64,000 nt of DNA, taken from Octopus sinensis (taxonomy: Eukaryota). The stretch is from positions 150,536,001 to 150,600,000 of the forward strand of contig NC_043000.1 of NCBI RefSeq assembly GCF_006345805.1. Reading direction: 5' to 3'. The notes under the pieces were generated by a model that did not search any database, was not told where the DNA came from, and worked only from the letters and a program-made list of their open reading frames with translations. The translations under genes were made by a program, and so were the position numbers. Positions 49,038 through 62,404 of the stretch are shown in pieces; the stretch's first letter is position 1; the number at the start of each line of letters is the position of its first letter.

Positions 49038-49446
49038 TATAATGACATAGGTCCAGCCTTTTCTGTTTATGTTGAATATTGGGTGTAACATGTCAGCTAT
49101 GTGCACATCTGCTTTTAGATTTCAGGGACATAAGGTTTTTTTTTCAGCTTTGATCACATTTTCTATTTCTTCTTTTGTTATTTCTGTTTGAGTATTAACA
49201 TCAAATAAACCTCCTGTAACCTCTGAAGCTGCTTTGAAATTGCATAGGAATCAAAATACTTGATTTGATTTTTTTCTATACTGAAGTACCTCAGCTGTGC
49301 TTGTGTGTATGTTTGTCTTTATCTTTTTCATTCCCTCCATTTTTAATGACATCTATGCAAATGAATTCAGAACATTAATATTTGATTTAATTAATAATTA
49401 TTTCCTACATGGCTAATGCATAAATTATTTCATTTTATTTCATTAG

Positions 49447-49536
49447 AAAGAACTTCGAGTGTTCATACTTTGGATTCCTTGGATTTTGCCCGATACTCTG
49501 ATGATGGCGAAAGACAGGTCGATGAACGTATGGCAG
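49447..49536 (+). CDS. RELCH: RELCH coding exon 2 (90 nt, phase 1/1)
   Basis: Acceptor tttcattag| and donor |gtaagt. Joined to exon 1 it reads QRTSSVHTLDSLDFARYSDDGERQVDERMA, matching human STLDSLDFARYSDDGNRETDEKVA. It is missed by the ORF track. I found no further RELCH exon in the window. Confidence 0.92.
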
Positions 49537-49580
49537 GTAAGTACTTACAATGCATTGTCATTTAAAAATATTTCACATAT

Positions 49581-50003
49581 AGGCGCAGGAGTGGCTGTGT
49601 GGTAAGTAGCTTGCTTACCAACCACATGGTTCTGGGTTCAGTCCCACTGCGTGGCACCTTGGGCAAGTGTCTTGTACTATAGCCTTTGGCTGGCCAAAGC
49701 CTTGTGAGTGGATTTGGTAGACGGAAACTAAAAGAAGCCTGTCATATATATGTGTGTATATATATATATATATATGTTTGTGTGTGTATATGTTTGTGTG
49801 TCTGTGTTTTTGTCCCTCCAACATCGCTTGACAACCGATGCTGGTGTGTTTATGTCCCTGTAACTTAGCGGTTCGGCAAAAGAGACCGATAGAATAAGTA
49901 CTAGGCTTCCAAAGAATAAGTCCTGGTGTCAAGTTGCTCGACTAAAGGCGGTGCTCGAGCATGGCCACAGTCAAATGACTGAAACAAGTAAAAGAGTAAA
50001 AGA
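49581..50003 (+). mobile_element. SINE-A just downstream of RELCH exon 2
   Basis: Family consensus. Confidence 0.9.
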
Positions 50004-50124
50004 ATATGTCTATTTAAACTTCTAGAAAATCAGAAAAATCCAATATTAAAACACCTGGTGACAATCAGAAATGAAACTGATTAAAATATAGTGTAGATGT
50101 ATATATAAAATATTTCATTTTTAA

Positions 50125-50345
50125 CCCTTTAGTGTTTAAACTGGCCAAATCCGGCCCAATATATTCTACATATTTTATATTCAAATTGGCCATATCTAGC
50201 CTCTCACACCTAACCTACATTGACATTCTAAAAATAAACAATCATATCATTGAAACCTGAAAGCTATAAGGTAATGCATGATTAATTCAAAACAATTTAA
50301 ATAAAAAAGCATTACATTTAACAGAGTAATCTGAACACAAAAGGG
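50125..50345. mobile_element. piggyBac-type MITE (family 2), opposite orientation
   Basis: TTAA-flanked; reverse complement of 27447-27666. Confidence 0.82.
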
Positions 50346-50611
50346 TTAAAGATGAGGTTAATCATTTGAAAAATTATAATGATAATGTCAACAACAACAT
50401 ATTCCAGAAATTTAGAGACCTAAGGGATATACTACATACAGGATGATTCTTCTTCAAGCCAGTTTAATTTCAGGTTGAAGTTATTTCACTTATGTTACAA
50501 AAATGTTTTAGACAGGCTTTCATATCACCTAGTTTCAGCCCACCCTCCACACAAGGCCAATATTATGAATTGTAGTTATTATCTTTATTCTTATTCTATT
50601 TACTACTGTGA

Positions 50612-50900
50612 AGGCTCATGGCCCAGTGGTTAGAGCATCAGGTACACAATCATGATGTAGTGAGTTCAATTCCTGTACCTGGCTGTTTTGTGTTCTTCAG
50701 CAAGACACTTTATTTTACATTGATCCAGTTCATTCACACCACCTTTGAGTTGTGATGTCTCAAAGGTGGTGTGGAGAGAGGAGGCTGGTATGCATGGGTG
50801 ACTGCTGCTCTTCCATAAACAACCTTGCCTGGACTTGTGTCTTGGAGGGTAACTTTCTAGGTGCAACCCCATGGTCATTCATGACTGAAGGGGCTCCTTT
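50612..50900 (+). mobile_element. tRNA-derived SINE (other family)
   Basis: A box tggcccagtgg, B box gagttcaattcc, CORE-like agcaagacactt. Confidence 0.7.
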
Positions 50901-50974
50901 TTATTTACTACTATAAACGTCTGTATAATATGCTATTATGTATGATATGCATTATGAGCTTTTGGATTTAAATT

Positions 50975-51283
50975 GCCGGTGGCACGTAAAAAGCACCATC
51001 CGTTCGTGGCCGTTGCCAGCCTCGCCTGGCCCCCGTGCCGGTGGCACGTAAAAAGCACCATTCGTCCGTGGCCGTTTGCCAGCTCCGTCTGGCACCTGTG
51101 CGGGTGGCACGTAAAAAACACCCACTACACTCACGGAGTGGTTGGCGTTAGGAAGGGCATCCAGCCGTAGAAACACTGCCAGATCAGACTGGGCCTGATG
51201 CAGCCTTCTGGCTTCACAGACCCCAGTTGAAACGTCCAACCCATGCTAGCATGGAAAGTGGATGCTAAATAATGATGATGATT
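50975..51283 (+). mobile_element. RTE 3'-end fragment with two UTR modules
   Basis: Core gccggtggcacgtaaaaagcacc occurs three times with two different spacers. Confidence 0.82.
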
Positions 51284-51559
51284 GTCTTAAAAGAACCTAT
51301 GATACCATATATAGCACAATGTTGCACAACTGCTATAAAAGTAGGTGGTCTACTACAATCCAATAAGTTAGTTTTTAGTGTTTCTTTTTATGTTAAATAA
51401 ATTGTTATAGGATGACCTCAGGATGCTGAACTTTTTAGACAAGATGACAAAGGACCAAGATACCTGGTGCCTACCTGCACTCAAGAAGACCCATACTTCA
51501 CAGCAGAAGTGTTAAGGCTGCTCCCCCTGGTGAAGAGGATTGGCCTGCAAGAGTCCTGA

Positions 51560-51810
51560 GCCGGTGCCATGTAAAAAGTACTTTTGGTGGTGCAGTGTAA
51601 AAGTGCTCATGCCGGTGCCATGTTAAAAGCACCCAGCACACACTGTAAAGTGATTGGTGTTAGGAAGGGCATCCAGCCATAGAAAGCAAGCCAAATCAAA
51701 CTGGAACCTGGTGCAGCTCTCTGGCTTGTCAGCACTGGTCAAACTGTCCAACCCATGCCAGCATGAAAAATAGATGTTAAAGGAGGAGTATGATGATGAT
51801 GATGATGATT
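51560..51810 (+). mobile_element. RTE 3'-end fragment (diverged)
   Basis: Family core and tail. Confidence 0.7.
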
Positions 51811-51834
51811 AATGATAATAACAATAATACAGAA

Positions 51835-52475
51835 ATCATCATCATCATTTAACGACTACTTTCCATGCTGGCATGGGTTGGAAGATTTGACTGAGGCCTG
51901 GTGAACCAGATGGCTGCACCAGGCTCCAATCTGATCTGGCAGAGTTTATACTGCTGAATACCCTTCCTAACGCCAACCACTCCGAGAGAGTTGTGGGTGC
52001 TTTTACGTGCCACCAGCATGAGGGCCAGTCAGGTGGTACTGGCAGTGACCATGCTCAAATGGTGCTTTTTATGTGCCACCTGCACAGGAACCAGTCCAGT
52101 GGCACTGGCAATGATCTTGCTCATATGTTTTTTCACGTGCCACCAGCACAAGTGCCAGTAAGGCGACACAGGTAATGATCACGCTCAAATGGTGCTTTTT
52201 ACGTGCCACCGGCACGGAAGCCAGTTTGTTGCTCTGGCAACGATCTCACTTGTATGGTAGTCTTAGCACTCCACTAGCATAGATGCCAGTCATCGAATTT
52301 GATTTCGATTTCACTTGCCTCAACAGGTCTTCGCAAGCAGAGTTTAGTGTTCAATGAAGGAAAGGTACATATAAGTGGGCTGGTTACAGCCCTGGTATAG
52401 GCCACAAGGTTATGGTCTCACTTGACTTGCCGAGTCTTCTCAAGCACAGCATATTTCCAAAGGTCCCGGTCACTA
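51835..52475 (-). mobile_element. RTE 3' end with UTR modules and ORF terminus
   Basis: Homologous to 29709-30425. Confidence 0.8.
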
Positions 52476-53051
52476 GAAATAATCTAAAAAAATTAAAGCC
52501 TTATTATATTATTGTTTCTCTTAATAAAAATGCAGTCTAATATATATTAAATGCACCACTAATTTTAATGAGGCAAAGTGCTTTATGGCATATATATTTT
52601 GTAGTAAAATAATTTCTATTACTAATAGATAGATAATGCTGTTTGATAGACATTATCTATTAGTAGTACTCAGTCTTGATGAGAGGATTAGGTTAAAGTG
52701 CTAGTTAATAAGACCACCTGATTAGTATTGAGACTATTTACAATTTCAAATTTTTTAAACACTCTACCTATCACTACTATCTGAATTAGATATAGACTTC
52801 TTATAAATATTCTTTTATTGTACAGACTGTCAGTGGCCCAATAGGCATGGGTGTTGAGAAGTAGTAATACAACACATAGTGGTGGTTTAAAAAAAAACTC
52901 TTCCAGAAATTACAAGAGATTTAGTTAAATATTTTTAATGGCGGTGCTCCAGCATGGCTGCAGTGTCAAGTCTGAAACATATAAAAGAATAAAAGAAATG
53001 GCTGAAATTTATTGTACCTTTCACCATACAACATATATTTGTGTGTGAGTG

Positions 53052-53080
<29 letters not shown>

Positions 53081-53082
<2 letters not shown>

Positions 53083-54288
53083 TAAGTTAAGTTAATTTTT
53101 TGGCTCAAAAAGCAAAAAGCAAGGCCATGTAGGGGGACATGGAGTTATGTACAGGGAGGGTGTTCATACAAAGAGTTCAGGCCATTTCTGGTCAAGAGAG
53201 ACTTTGAACCGAGCAGTCGTCGGCATCTTCACTATCTTGTCCAGCAGCTTATTCCACGGATCCGCAACCCGGACGGAGAAAGCCCCTCTCCTTCGATTGA
53301 GATGAAATCGTTGCAGATAGAGCTTTTCGGAGTGACCCCGCAGCCGACACTCTGGAGCAGGAGTGAAGAACAGCTCTTTCGAGAGGTTACACTTTCCGCT
53401 TATGATGTTGTGAGCAAGAATGAGATCTCCACGGCGGCGGCGTTTTTCTAGAGAACAAAGGTCGAGCGTGTTCAGCCTTTGTTCATAAGACAAATGCTTG
53501 AGACCAAGAATCATGCGGGTAGCCAGCTTCTGGACTCTTTCGAGATGATGTATGTCTTTGAGGAGATAAGGAGAAGAGGCTTGAATCCCGTACTCCAATA
53601 TGGGTCTCACCAGTGTGACATAGAGCGGTAGGAATATGGCTGCTGTGAGCATTCCGAATGACCGTCGAATCAAAAACAGAACTCTGCGTGCTTTGTTGGC
53701 AGCATGGACGCACTGGGCCTAAGGCGAAAAGGAAGAATCCACCAAGTTACCCAGGTCCTTTACCTGGTTGGTCCTCTCCAGCAGCAGACGACCCGGCTCG
53801 AAATCAAGTTGAGTTGCAGGAGGAGAGCCAACAGGCAGATGACAGCACTTTGACACGTTCAGACACAGGTCTCGTTCATTAGACCATCTCCAAACTTGGT
53901 GGAGGCATTGACGAAGATCATCTATATCACCGTGAGGAGTGACCAGTTTGACATCATCGGCAAATAGAAGGGTGTGTTGCGTGAGGTTGTCGGGCAAGTC
54001 ATTTATGAAGACTAAAAACAGTAAGGGCCCAAGCACTGAACCTTGAGGCACGCCACTGCTCGCACTGGAGACGGACAGCGAACCATTAACTTGGACTTGT
54101 AAGGAGCGATCTGAGAGGAAGGCACCAACCCATCGTACAATATCTGGATGGAAACTATATGCTTGAAGCTTGATAAGTAATAGGCGGTGGTTAACCGAGT
54201 CAAAACCTTTAGCAAAGTCCAATAAAACGATGTCAACAGCATCACCATCATCCACTGGGTTTGTAAAAGAGAGCAAAGCTACAGGAAA
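53081..54288 (-). mobile_element. 5'-truncated CR1-clade LINE (RT + C-terminal domain), one nonsense codon
   Basis: Motifs LDFAKGFDSV, SGVPQGSVLGPLLF, FADD, LVRPILEY, LERVQKLATR and RRRGDLI. The two track ORFs are one frame split by a TAG at 53719-21. The 3' tail is (TTAAC)n. Confidence 0.9.
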
Positions 54289-54899
54289 CCAAAAGACAAA
54301 TGATCACAATAAGCAGTCAGCTACCCTACCCTAGTTGTTACTACTCCCCAATGTAGGATTCCTCACCATACAGGTGACAGGCACAGCCGTAAGATGCATT
54401 ACGGATCTATAGCAATTGGAAGGGCATGACCCAACTCAAACATTAATATCTGTGTGACGTGAGGACTAAGGGGAAATGAAAATGTCACCTCTGGAGTTTG
54501 AAAATGACCACTATACCGGTAGGTAACTAAACAGAATAAATTTACAATCTATAAATGTCTTTGAATAACCAGTCACTCATCTAGGAAGGCCTTGAAATCC
54601 ATCGGGGGACTATGTTTGACCCAGAGATAATAAAAAGGCTGAAAGGAGGTCTGCAACCAAATATCTTTACTGAACACTTTGCAACTGAATCAGTGGAGGC
54701 TAAGATGCCTCTCATTTACTTGACAATTTATGCATCACACTGCAGAAATCACAATCTAAGTATATCTCAAAGCAAAGTCTTACACTGTTGTACCATTGAA
54801 TTACAAATAACGCTCATCTTTTATGCTCGGGTGACCCTACAGCTTCCAAGAGTACAACTGTATTCATCTTTGCTTAGATAAAATGACTAAATTGTGGGT

Positions 54900-55490
54900 G
54901 TTAAGTCCCCATGAAGGGGTCTTTCTAACTTCTAAGAAGATGAAATTTTAGAAATATTACTTCATTTGTGTCTAATATCTATGGATAAAATTTCATCAAC
55001 AGCAAAAATATGACTTTTCATGGGGGTTATGTCCCTTATGCATAGAATATAATTTCCAAATTTCATAAAGATCCATTCAGTACTTTTGACCTAGTTTTGG
55101 ATCATAAAAACAATGACTAAAATTTAGGAGTTAAGGCCCCTATTAGGGGGTCTTAGAATTCTCATGAGAAGTGGAAATATTGAAAATACTTTCATCAACA
55201 TTGAAAATTTATGAATTTTCATGGGGGTTCTGCCCCCTTTAAGCCATCTCAAATTCAAACTAAACATACTGCATTATACCTGACCTTAGCATTGAATCTA
55301 AGTTCCAAATATCATAAGGATCTATTCAGTAATTTTGGTCAATGAAATTGTATGAAACACACAGCATTACCTTTCTCTCTAGGCTTAGATTTTGTGTTCC
55401 AAATTTCATTAGGACTGGTGCAGTAGTTTTTGAATGTATAAGTAACACACAAACACACGTAAAGACATTGACTTTTATATAATAAATATG
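54900..55490 (-). mobile_element. Probable Helitron/HINE-like repeat remnant
   Basis: Internally repeated AT-rich modules and a caaatttcat...acacac...ttttatata end; termini not resolved. Confidence 0.4.
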
Positions 55491-55547
55491 AATATGCACA
55501 TATACATACATGTATGTGTGTGTGTATTATATATATATATATATATA

Positions 55548-55816
55548 GCCGCTGGACTGACTCCTGTGCAGGTGGCACGTAAAGAACACCATTTCGAGCG
55601 TGGCTGTTGCCAGTACTGCCAGACTGGCCCTCGTGTAGGTGGCGCATAAAAGCACCCACTACATTCTTGGATTGGTTGGCATTAGGAAGGGCATCCAGCT
55701 GTGGAAACTCTGCCAGATCAGATTGGAGCCTGGCGCAGCCATCTGGTTCGCCAGTCCTCAGTCAAATCGTCCAACCCATGCTAGCATGGAAAGCAGACGT
55801 TAAAGGATGATGATGA

Positions 55817-55820
<4 letters not shown>
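55548..55820 (+). mobile_element. RTE 3'-end fragment
   Basis: Family core and (GAT)n tail. Confidence 0.8.
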
Positions 55821-55865
<45 letters not shown>

Positions 55866-56503
55866 TATGTATATAATACAATTTACTGAACCTTCAGATT
55901 TTAATATGCTAGACCACTGGTGTTAAATTGATGTTAATTAAATTAATATCCAATTTCTCACCCTCATTTTAAATTTAAATTATATATATATATATATATT
56001 TAAAATTTTTTTTTTATTTTATCTAGTTTCAGCTCACGAGCTGTGGCCATGCTGGCGCACATATGAAACCATTTGTTTTAAATCAGATTTTGTAGTATTT
56101 TGTAATGTTGGGATTCTGATGGTTTTTGGGAGAGGTTTTCAGACATAGTCCTAATATTTGTCTAATAAAGGTTTATTTAAATTTATTTAAAATGTAGGGA
56201 TGGTTTAGTTTCCTTTCCTGAAGAGAGGTAATATTTCATTGTTAAGAGTGCCAAACAATGCCCAGTTATCAACATACTGTTGTAGGATGTGGTCAAATTT
56301 GTTGTTGGTGGGAAGTAGATAAGTAGCAAGCATTTCAAGGTCCTTAAGAAATAGAAACCTTAATTCAGGAAGTGAAATGGAAATTACTATAAGTAATTTT
56401 TCAATAAAAGTAAATGTTTTAATGTGAAGTAACTGATATTATTGTGCGTTACTTTTTCTCTGTTCAGTTTACACTCTAAATATAACTGAATTCTAAAGGC
56501 GGC

Positions 56504-56745
56504 ATGGAGGTGCGTGGCTTAGTGGTTAGGGTGTCAGCATCATGATCGTAAGATTGTGATTTCGATTCCTGGACCAGGCGACGCATTGTGTTCTTGAGCA
56601 AAACACTTCATTTCACGTTGCTCCAGTTCACACAGCTGGCAAAAATGAGTAAAGCTGCGATGGACTGGCGTCCCGTCCAGCTGGGGAACACATATGCCAT
56701 AGAAACCGGGAAACTGGGCCCATGAGCCTGGCAAGACTTTAAAAG
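56504..56745 (+). mobile_element. tRNA-derived SINE (other family)
   Basis: A box tggcttagtgg, B box atttcgattcc, ttcttgagcaaaacactt core, gatggactggcgtcccgtccag module. Confidence 0.72.
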
Positions 56746-57017
56746 AGTGCATTTTAAAAAATTTTTCTAAAGGCGGCAAGCTGGCAGAATCATTAGCATG
56801 CTGGGCAAAATGCTTAGTGGCATTTCATCCATCTTTACATTCTGACTTAAACCCTTCCCCAAAATGTGCCAAAATGTGAAACCAGTGTTACTGAATTCTC
56901 ATTGCTGTGGAATTTTTCATTATTGTTGTCATTATTACCACCATCATTACCTATGTTAAACAAATCCCTTTATTCTCCCTCTATAATGAAACATTTTTTA
57001 CTATTCTGAAAAATTCA

Positions 57018-57400
57018 GTAGGAGTGGCTGTGTGGTAAGTAGCTTGCTAACCAACCACATGGTTCTGGGTTCAGTCCCACTGCGTGGCATCTTGGGCAAG
57101 TGTCTTCTGCTATAGCCCCTGGCCGACCAATGCCTTGTGAGTGGATTTGGTAGACGGAAACTGAAAGAAGCCTGTCATATATATGTATATATATATATGT
57201 GTGTGTATGTGTTTGTGTGTCTGTGTTTGTCCCCCTGGTGTGTTTACGTCCCCGTCATTTAGCGGTTCGGCAAAAGAGACCGATAGAATAAGTACTGGGC
57301 TTACAAAGAATAAGTCCCGGGGTCAATTTGCTTGACTAAAAGGCAGTGCTCCAGCATGGCCGCAGTCAAATGACTGAAACAAGTAAAAGAGAGTAAAGAG
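57018..57400 (+). mobile_element. SINE-A
   Basis: Family consensus with a small internal deletion. Confidence 0.9.
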
Positions 57401-57822
57401 CTAAAGATTAAATTTTGTTAGTCTCTCCATTTACTTTTTCATTCCTCTCTCTTCATCTCATACATGTACACATCATATTGTAATCTAGAATGCTGTGTTG
57501 AAACATTCATGTTCTTTCTTCAAGACAAGGAAATGCTGATCAATCAAGTTAATTGGAGACAAACTTCTCACTTGTCTTATTTTAAATGTGCACTCTTCTA
57601 TTATTAATCTATTGGTTCCAATGTCAAATTTACTCTAACCTTAAAAGAGTGTCGAATAAAGTTACACAGAATATTATTTCCTTTCAATCTTTTATAATCT
57701 ATCAACAACTGTCTTCATCACAAAGTGAAAGATGGAGAGCAATGTAGTTAATTTGGTGCCAGTCTTAAGATTTCAGCGAAGTTTCTGATCTGTGAAGGCA
57801 GAACAAATAGAAATCATATATA

Positions 57823-58174
57823 TCTTTATATATAAAAGTGAAGTTGTGTGTCTGTCTCCTACGATTTAGATTCCTAACTACTCCCACATTTTGCGGTGCA
57901 GTTTAACCAAAACCGGGTATCTTATAGTCGTGATTCATATCGAGCCCTTCTGGGTACTAGCGCGCGTCTACGATTTAAAAAAAAATTTACCATCATTTTT
58001 TTTTCGTAACTCTCTAAAAATGTCTACGATGAGTCAACGATTTAAAAAAAAATTTACCATAATTTTTTTCCCATTTTTAATGCATTTTTTTGCTATTTTT
58101 TTGCTATAACTCTCTAAAAATGCTTTATAGTTATTTCCCTTACAAACCCGAGCAACGCCGGGCGATACTGCTAG
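57823..58174 (+). mobile_element. Non-autonomous Helitron (family F)
   Basis: Same termini. Confidence 0.85.
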
Positions 58175-58398
58175 TCTATATATGAAACTCTTTGTCTTAC
58201 TATCAGTGGTCTTTCTGATATAAATAGCTGTATAACATCCATAGATTTAAGTGATATTTGGCAGCTCATTTCATTGTTATTAAGAAAGTTGTGTGGCATT
58301 CTTTGTTTAAAGTTTTCTGTCCAAATAGGAACTTCTGAAAAGCAGAAAGTAGCAAAATACAGAAAATGAGAAGGCATGTGTGGTGGTGGTGGTGGTGG

Positions 58399-58515
<117 letters not shown>

Positions 58516-59608
58516 ACAATACTCGATTGGCTGGGTGAATCGTGTATTAAACTAGCATTTCATAGGTCTTCAGTTCAAATCCATACTGTTTCATTGTGTT
58601 GTTCAGTATTTTGTCTTATTTTCTTTCTCTGCTTTGTTGTTGTTTAGCCCTAGGTCAGCTCTGATCAAGCAGATGTCTGATCAAAAGTGTCCCAGAGAAT
58701 GAACATGCTGTCTTTTTTTGTGTATAAAGGAAACATTGTTCAATGTATTCTTCTATTTTTCTAAAATGGTTGGATGTGATAGAAGGAGTTTTGGCTATTA
58801 TTTTCTCAATAACTTTACCCATTTTTCTGCCATACACATTTGCAAAAAATCATCATTTTTGAATGCCAGTATTCCATGCTGGTATAGGTTGAATGGTCCA
58901 ACAAAATCTAACTGACCAGAAGGCTGTGTTGGGTTCCAATGTCTGCTTTGACAAAGTTTTTATGGCTGTATGCTTGTCCTAACACCAGCCACTTGACAGA
59001 GTGTACTGGGTGCTTTTTTTCATGGAACCAACACTAGCAAGGCCATCAAATAATCTGTAAGGCAAGAGTATGATGTTGTTGGTACAGAATTGAAGGATGT
59101 GGTTTCGTACCAAGTATTGAGAGGCGGCTAAAATATGATAGGGGGACAGGAACAGATGTCTTACTGCAGAGGAGATACATGGCTACCCCAGCGGGGAAGG
59201 GAGTGTGATGGAAATGAGGTGTCAGGGTATACTTCCAAGGTACAAGAAGGTGAATAAAGAGGGAATAGGGATTAAGAATTGAGGACAACTGACTGGGTAG
59301 GTAGGTTCATGAAAGTATGAAAGAGGAGTCACAGACAGTAGGGACAAGGATAGATGTGAATGCAGGAGGCATGGTCAATGATGAACCTCAGCTTGAAGAA
59401 ATGTAAGGAAAATAGGCGTGGCTCTAGGAGGAGGCAGTGTTACATAAAGGTGGGTTGGAGAATAGCAGTGTAATAAAATGGTAGACAGATGAGACATGGG
59501 GGAAGAGGTGAAGTGTGGTGGGGAAAGAGACACAGTGCCATAAATGGAGATCAGAGTTACAGAGGGTAGATATAGTGAACTTTTAGTGGGGTGGTATTGA
59601 TGTTAGAA

Positions 59609-59836
59609 AGGCGGCGAGCTAGCAGAAACGTTAGCACGCCGGGCGAAATGCTTAGCGGTATTTCGTCTGCCGTTACGTTGTGAGTTCAAATTCCGCCGAG
59701 GTCGACTTTGCCTTTCATCCTTTCGGGGTCGATAAATTAAGTACACACTGGGGTCGATGTAATCGACTTAATACCTATGTCTGTCCTTGTTTGTCCCCTC
59801 TGTGTTTAGCCCCTTGTGGGTAATAAAGAAATAGGT
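59609..59836 (+). mobile_element. SINE-E
   Basis: TSD ggtattgatgt(t/c)aga at 59593 and 59834. Confidence 0.88.
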
Positions 59837-60209
59837 ATTGATGTCAGACATGAAAGAGTGTTTAGGAGAAATGGGTATTTATTGTAAATATATTAGCAAG
59901 GGATGGTGCTGTGAGTGCAAGATGAGTAGCAACAGAAATGATTCCAAGAAGAATTACCTGTAGCACAAAAGGGGTCAAGTAAAATATGTGCAGCTCTACC
60001 CTCAGACAACCACAGCAGCAGAGGAAACGATGCTGCAGTTAGAATGATGAAGGAGAGATTAGCATTACAAAGTTGAGCTGCTGGGAAGGCTTGACAAGTA
60101 CATATTGGATTTGGGAGCAAAGACGTTAAAAATATACTTTTAGGACCTCATTTTGGCTGAGATGGACGGCTCTTCTTGAGACAGGTGAATCACCATTCAT
60201 CTTGGGCCT

Positions 60210-60770
60210 TTGTCATCTTTTATGAGAATTAACAACCTGAGGTTGGTCTTCACAACTTCATTCCTCATCTTCCTTGGTCTCTTTCTTCCATGTGTTCCAT
60301 CCACATGTAGCAATTGCTATTTCTTTATGCAGCTGTCCCTGCATGTCACACATCCACACCAGTCTTCTTTCTTGCAAATTACATCTGATGCTTCTTAAGC
60401 CAATATTTCTCTCATGGCATAAGCTCTTTGTTGTACATGATTCTGAAATTGCACCTCCAGCAGAGTATGCTAGCTTCATTTTTTTCGGTCTTATTTTGCC
60501 CTCTGCATTCACAGCCTACATTTTATTATCAAGAAGCATTGTTGTTCATATACAGGCATCATAAAATCTGTCTTCCACTTTGAGAGAAATTCTTTTTATT
60601 ACTAACAGAGGTAATAGTTCTCTGGACTTTCTCCTGCTGGTTTGTATTCTAGCAACTATACTTTAATAAACATTCTCCTCTACTGTTAATTAGGTCACAT
60701 AGGTAACAGAAACTGTTTACTAGCTCTAAAGTACCTCTGGGCATTCAAGGAAATCTATTCCCTTTGCATT
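60210..60770 (-). mobile_element. Decayed RTE ORF C-terminal fragment
   Basis: LRSIRCNLQERRL remnant, similar to 9100-9450. Confidence 0.6.
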
Positions 60771-61992
60771 TTTAATGTCTATCACTCCTGTGATCTCTCA
60801 CAAACAAAATCTACTTTCTCTGCTAAAATTCCTGAAGTTCCACTACACCTCTTTTATGTCTGTAGTTTGTACTGGATATACTGTGTGGAATTGCTGTCTA
60901 TACCTTTTCTACATACTGAATATGACCATTTTCTTACTGTTTTCCTGCTTACTGAGATTAAGGTAGTCTTTTCTAAGCTGGTGTGGTGTGATTTGAGGAA
61001 GATTTGACTGCTATTTCTACCATATTGATCAACACGGTAGATGCTCTCTCACTGGCTTGAGGAAGTAGAATGTAGTGTATTAGTGGGCTGGTTGTTATCT
61101 TGTACTGATGAGTGAATGCTGTTTTATCATTTTTTTCTATTTTTATCTCGTTTAGAATCTCTCTTCTATAGCAGTGACACCATCCTTGATATGTGACCTG
61201 TACTTTAGTGGCTTTTAAACTTTTGTCTTATATAGAATTAGATGTTGTTTGGAGTCAACATCTTTTCTATTCATGAAGAGAAAGCTTAGCCTCTGGAGTG
61301 CAGCTTTGGCTATGTTATTTGGTTGCAGTAATAAGATTGAAGTGTAGCAATTGTTGAAACTGCAGATTTGAATTGGCTGTCAGTTTACACAGCATTTTAA
61401 TTACAAGTTCTTAAGTTCTCCTAGTTAATTACTGACTATACTGAATCTAGAAGTGTGCTCTTGCTTTGCTGCTTTCTTTTCGTTGTTTAGCTATATGTCA
61501 GTCTTGGTGGAATAAACCTATGATGTAAGCCATGACCATCCTGTCTTTTCAAATATTGTTCATTACAGACTACATGATCCAGTAGTTCTTTTCATATTTA
61601 AAAGACCGAAGAGCATAATATGAGAGGTTTAATGACTATTTTTTTTAAGGTTGAGTAATCACATAAAGGCTCTTTCATTAGGTAACGTGATAGACTAGAG
61701 CCCCACATGACTGCAATTTAAAATTTCAATGAAGGAAAATGTTTGACCTCAATTTTTTCATACTGTAATATGTCATTTTTACTAGTTTATACAATGATTT
61801 TACTGAAAGTAATGCATTAGTGGGCATAAGTTTTTTATTGACTGACATATACCATTCAAGTTTCACAGAGTAATCCTTCCTCTGTACAGAGGTACCATTC
61901 AATAGATTCCATCACAAGTGATACATTTATGTCATCATTGAACTTAACTCCTATCTGCTTTAGAAATATTCAGGTGTGGACTGTTGTCTCTC

Positions 61993-62402
61993 TTTTTACT
62001 CTTTTACTCTTTTACTTGTTTCAGTCATTTGACTTCGGCCATGCTGGAGCACCGCCTTTAGTCGAGCAAATCGACCCCGGGACTTATTTTTTGTAAGCCC
62101 AGTACTTATTCTATCGGTCTCTTTTGCCGAACCGCTAAGTGACGGGGATGTAAACACACCAGCATCGGTTGTCAAGCAATGCTAGGGGGACAAACACAGA
62201 CACACAAACACACAAATACATATATATATATACATATATACGACAGGCTTCTTTCAGTTTCCGTCTACCAAATCCACTCAAGGCATTGGTTGGCCTGGGG
62301 CTATAGCAGAAGACACTTGCCCAAGATGCCACGCAGTGGGACTGAACCCGGAACCATGTGGTTGGTTAGCAAGCTACTTACCACACAGCCACTCCTGCGC
62401 CT
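61993..62402 (-). mobile_element. SINE-A
   Basis: Family consensus. Confidence 0.9.
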
Positions 62403-62404
62403 GT

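Noticed and set aside
51409-51560. AG-preceded open stretch as possible RELCH exon 3
   Set aside because: No frame resembles the expected VLEFELRKAKETI continuation, and all frames stop without a clear donor.
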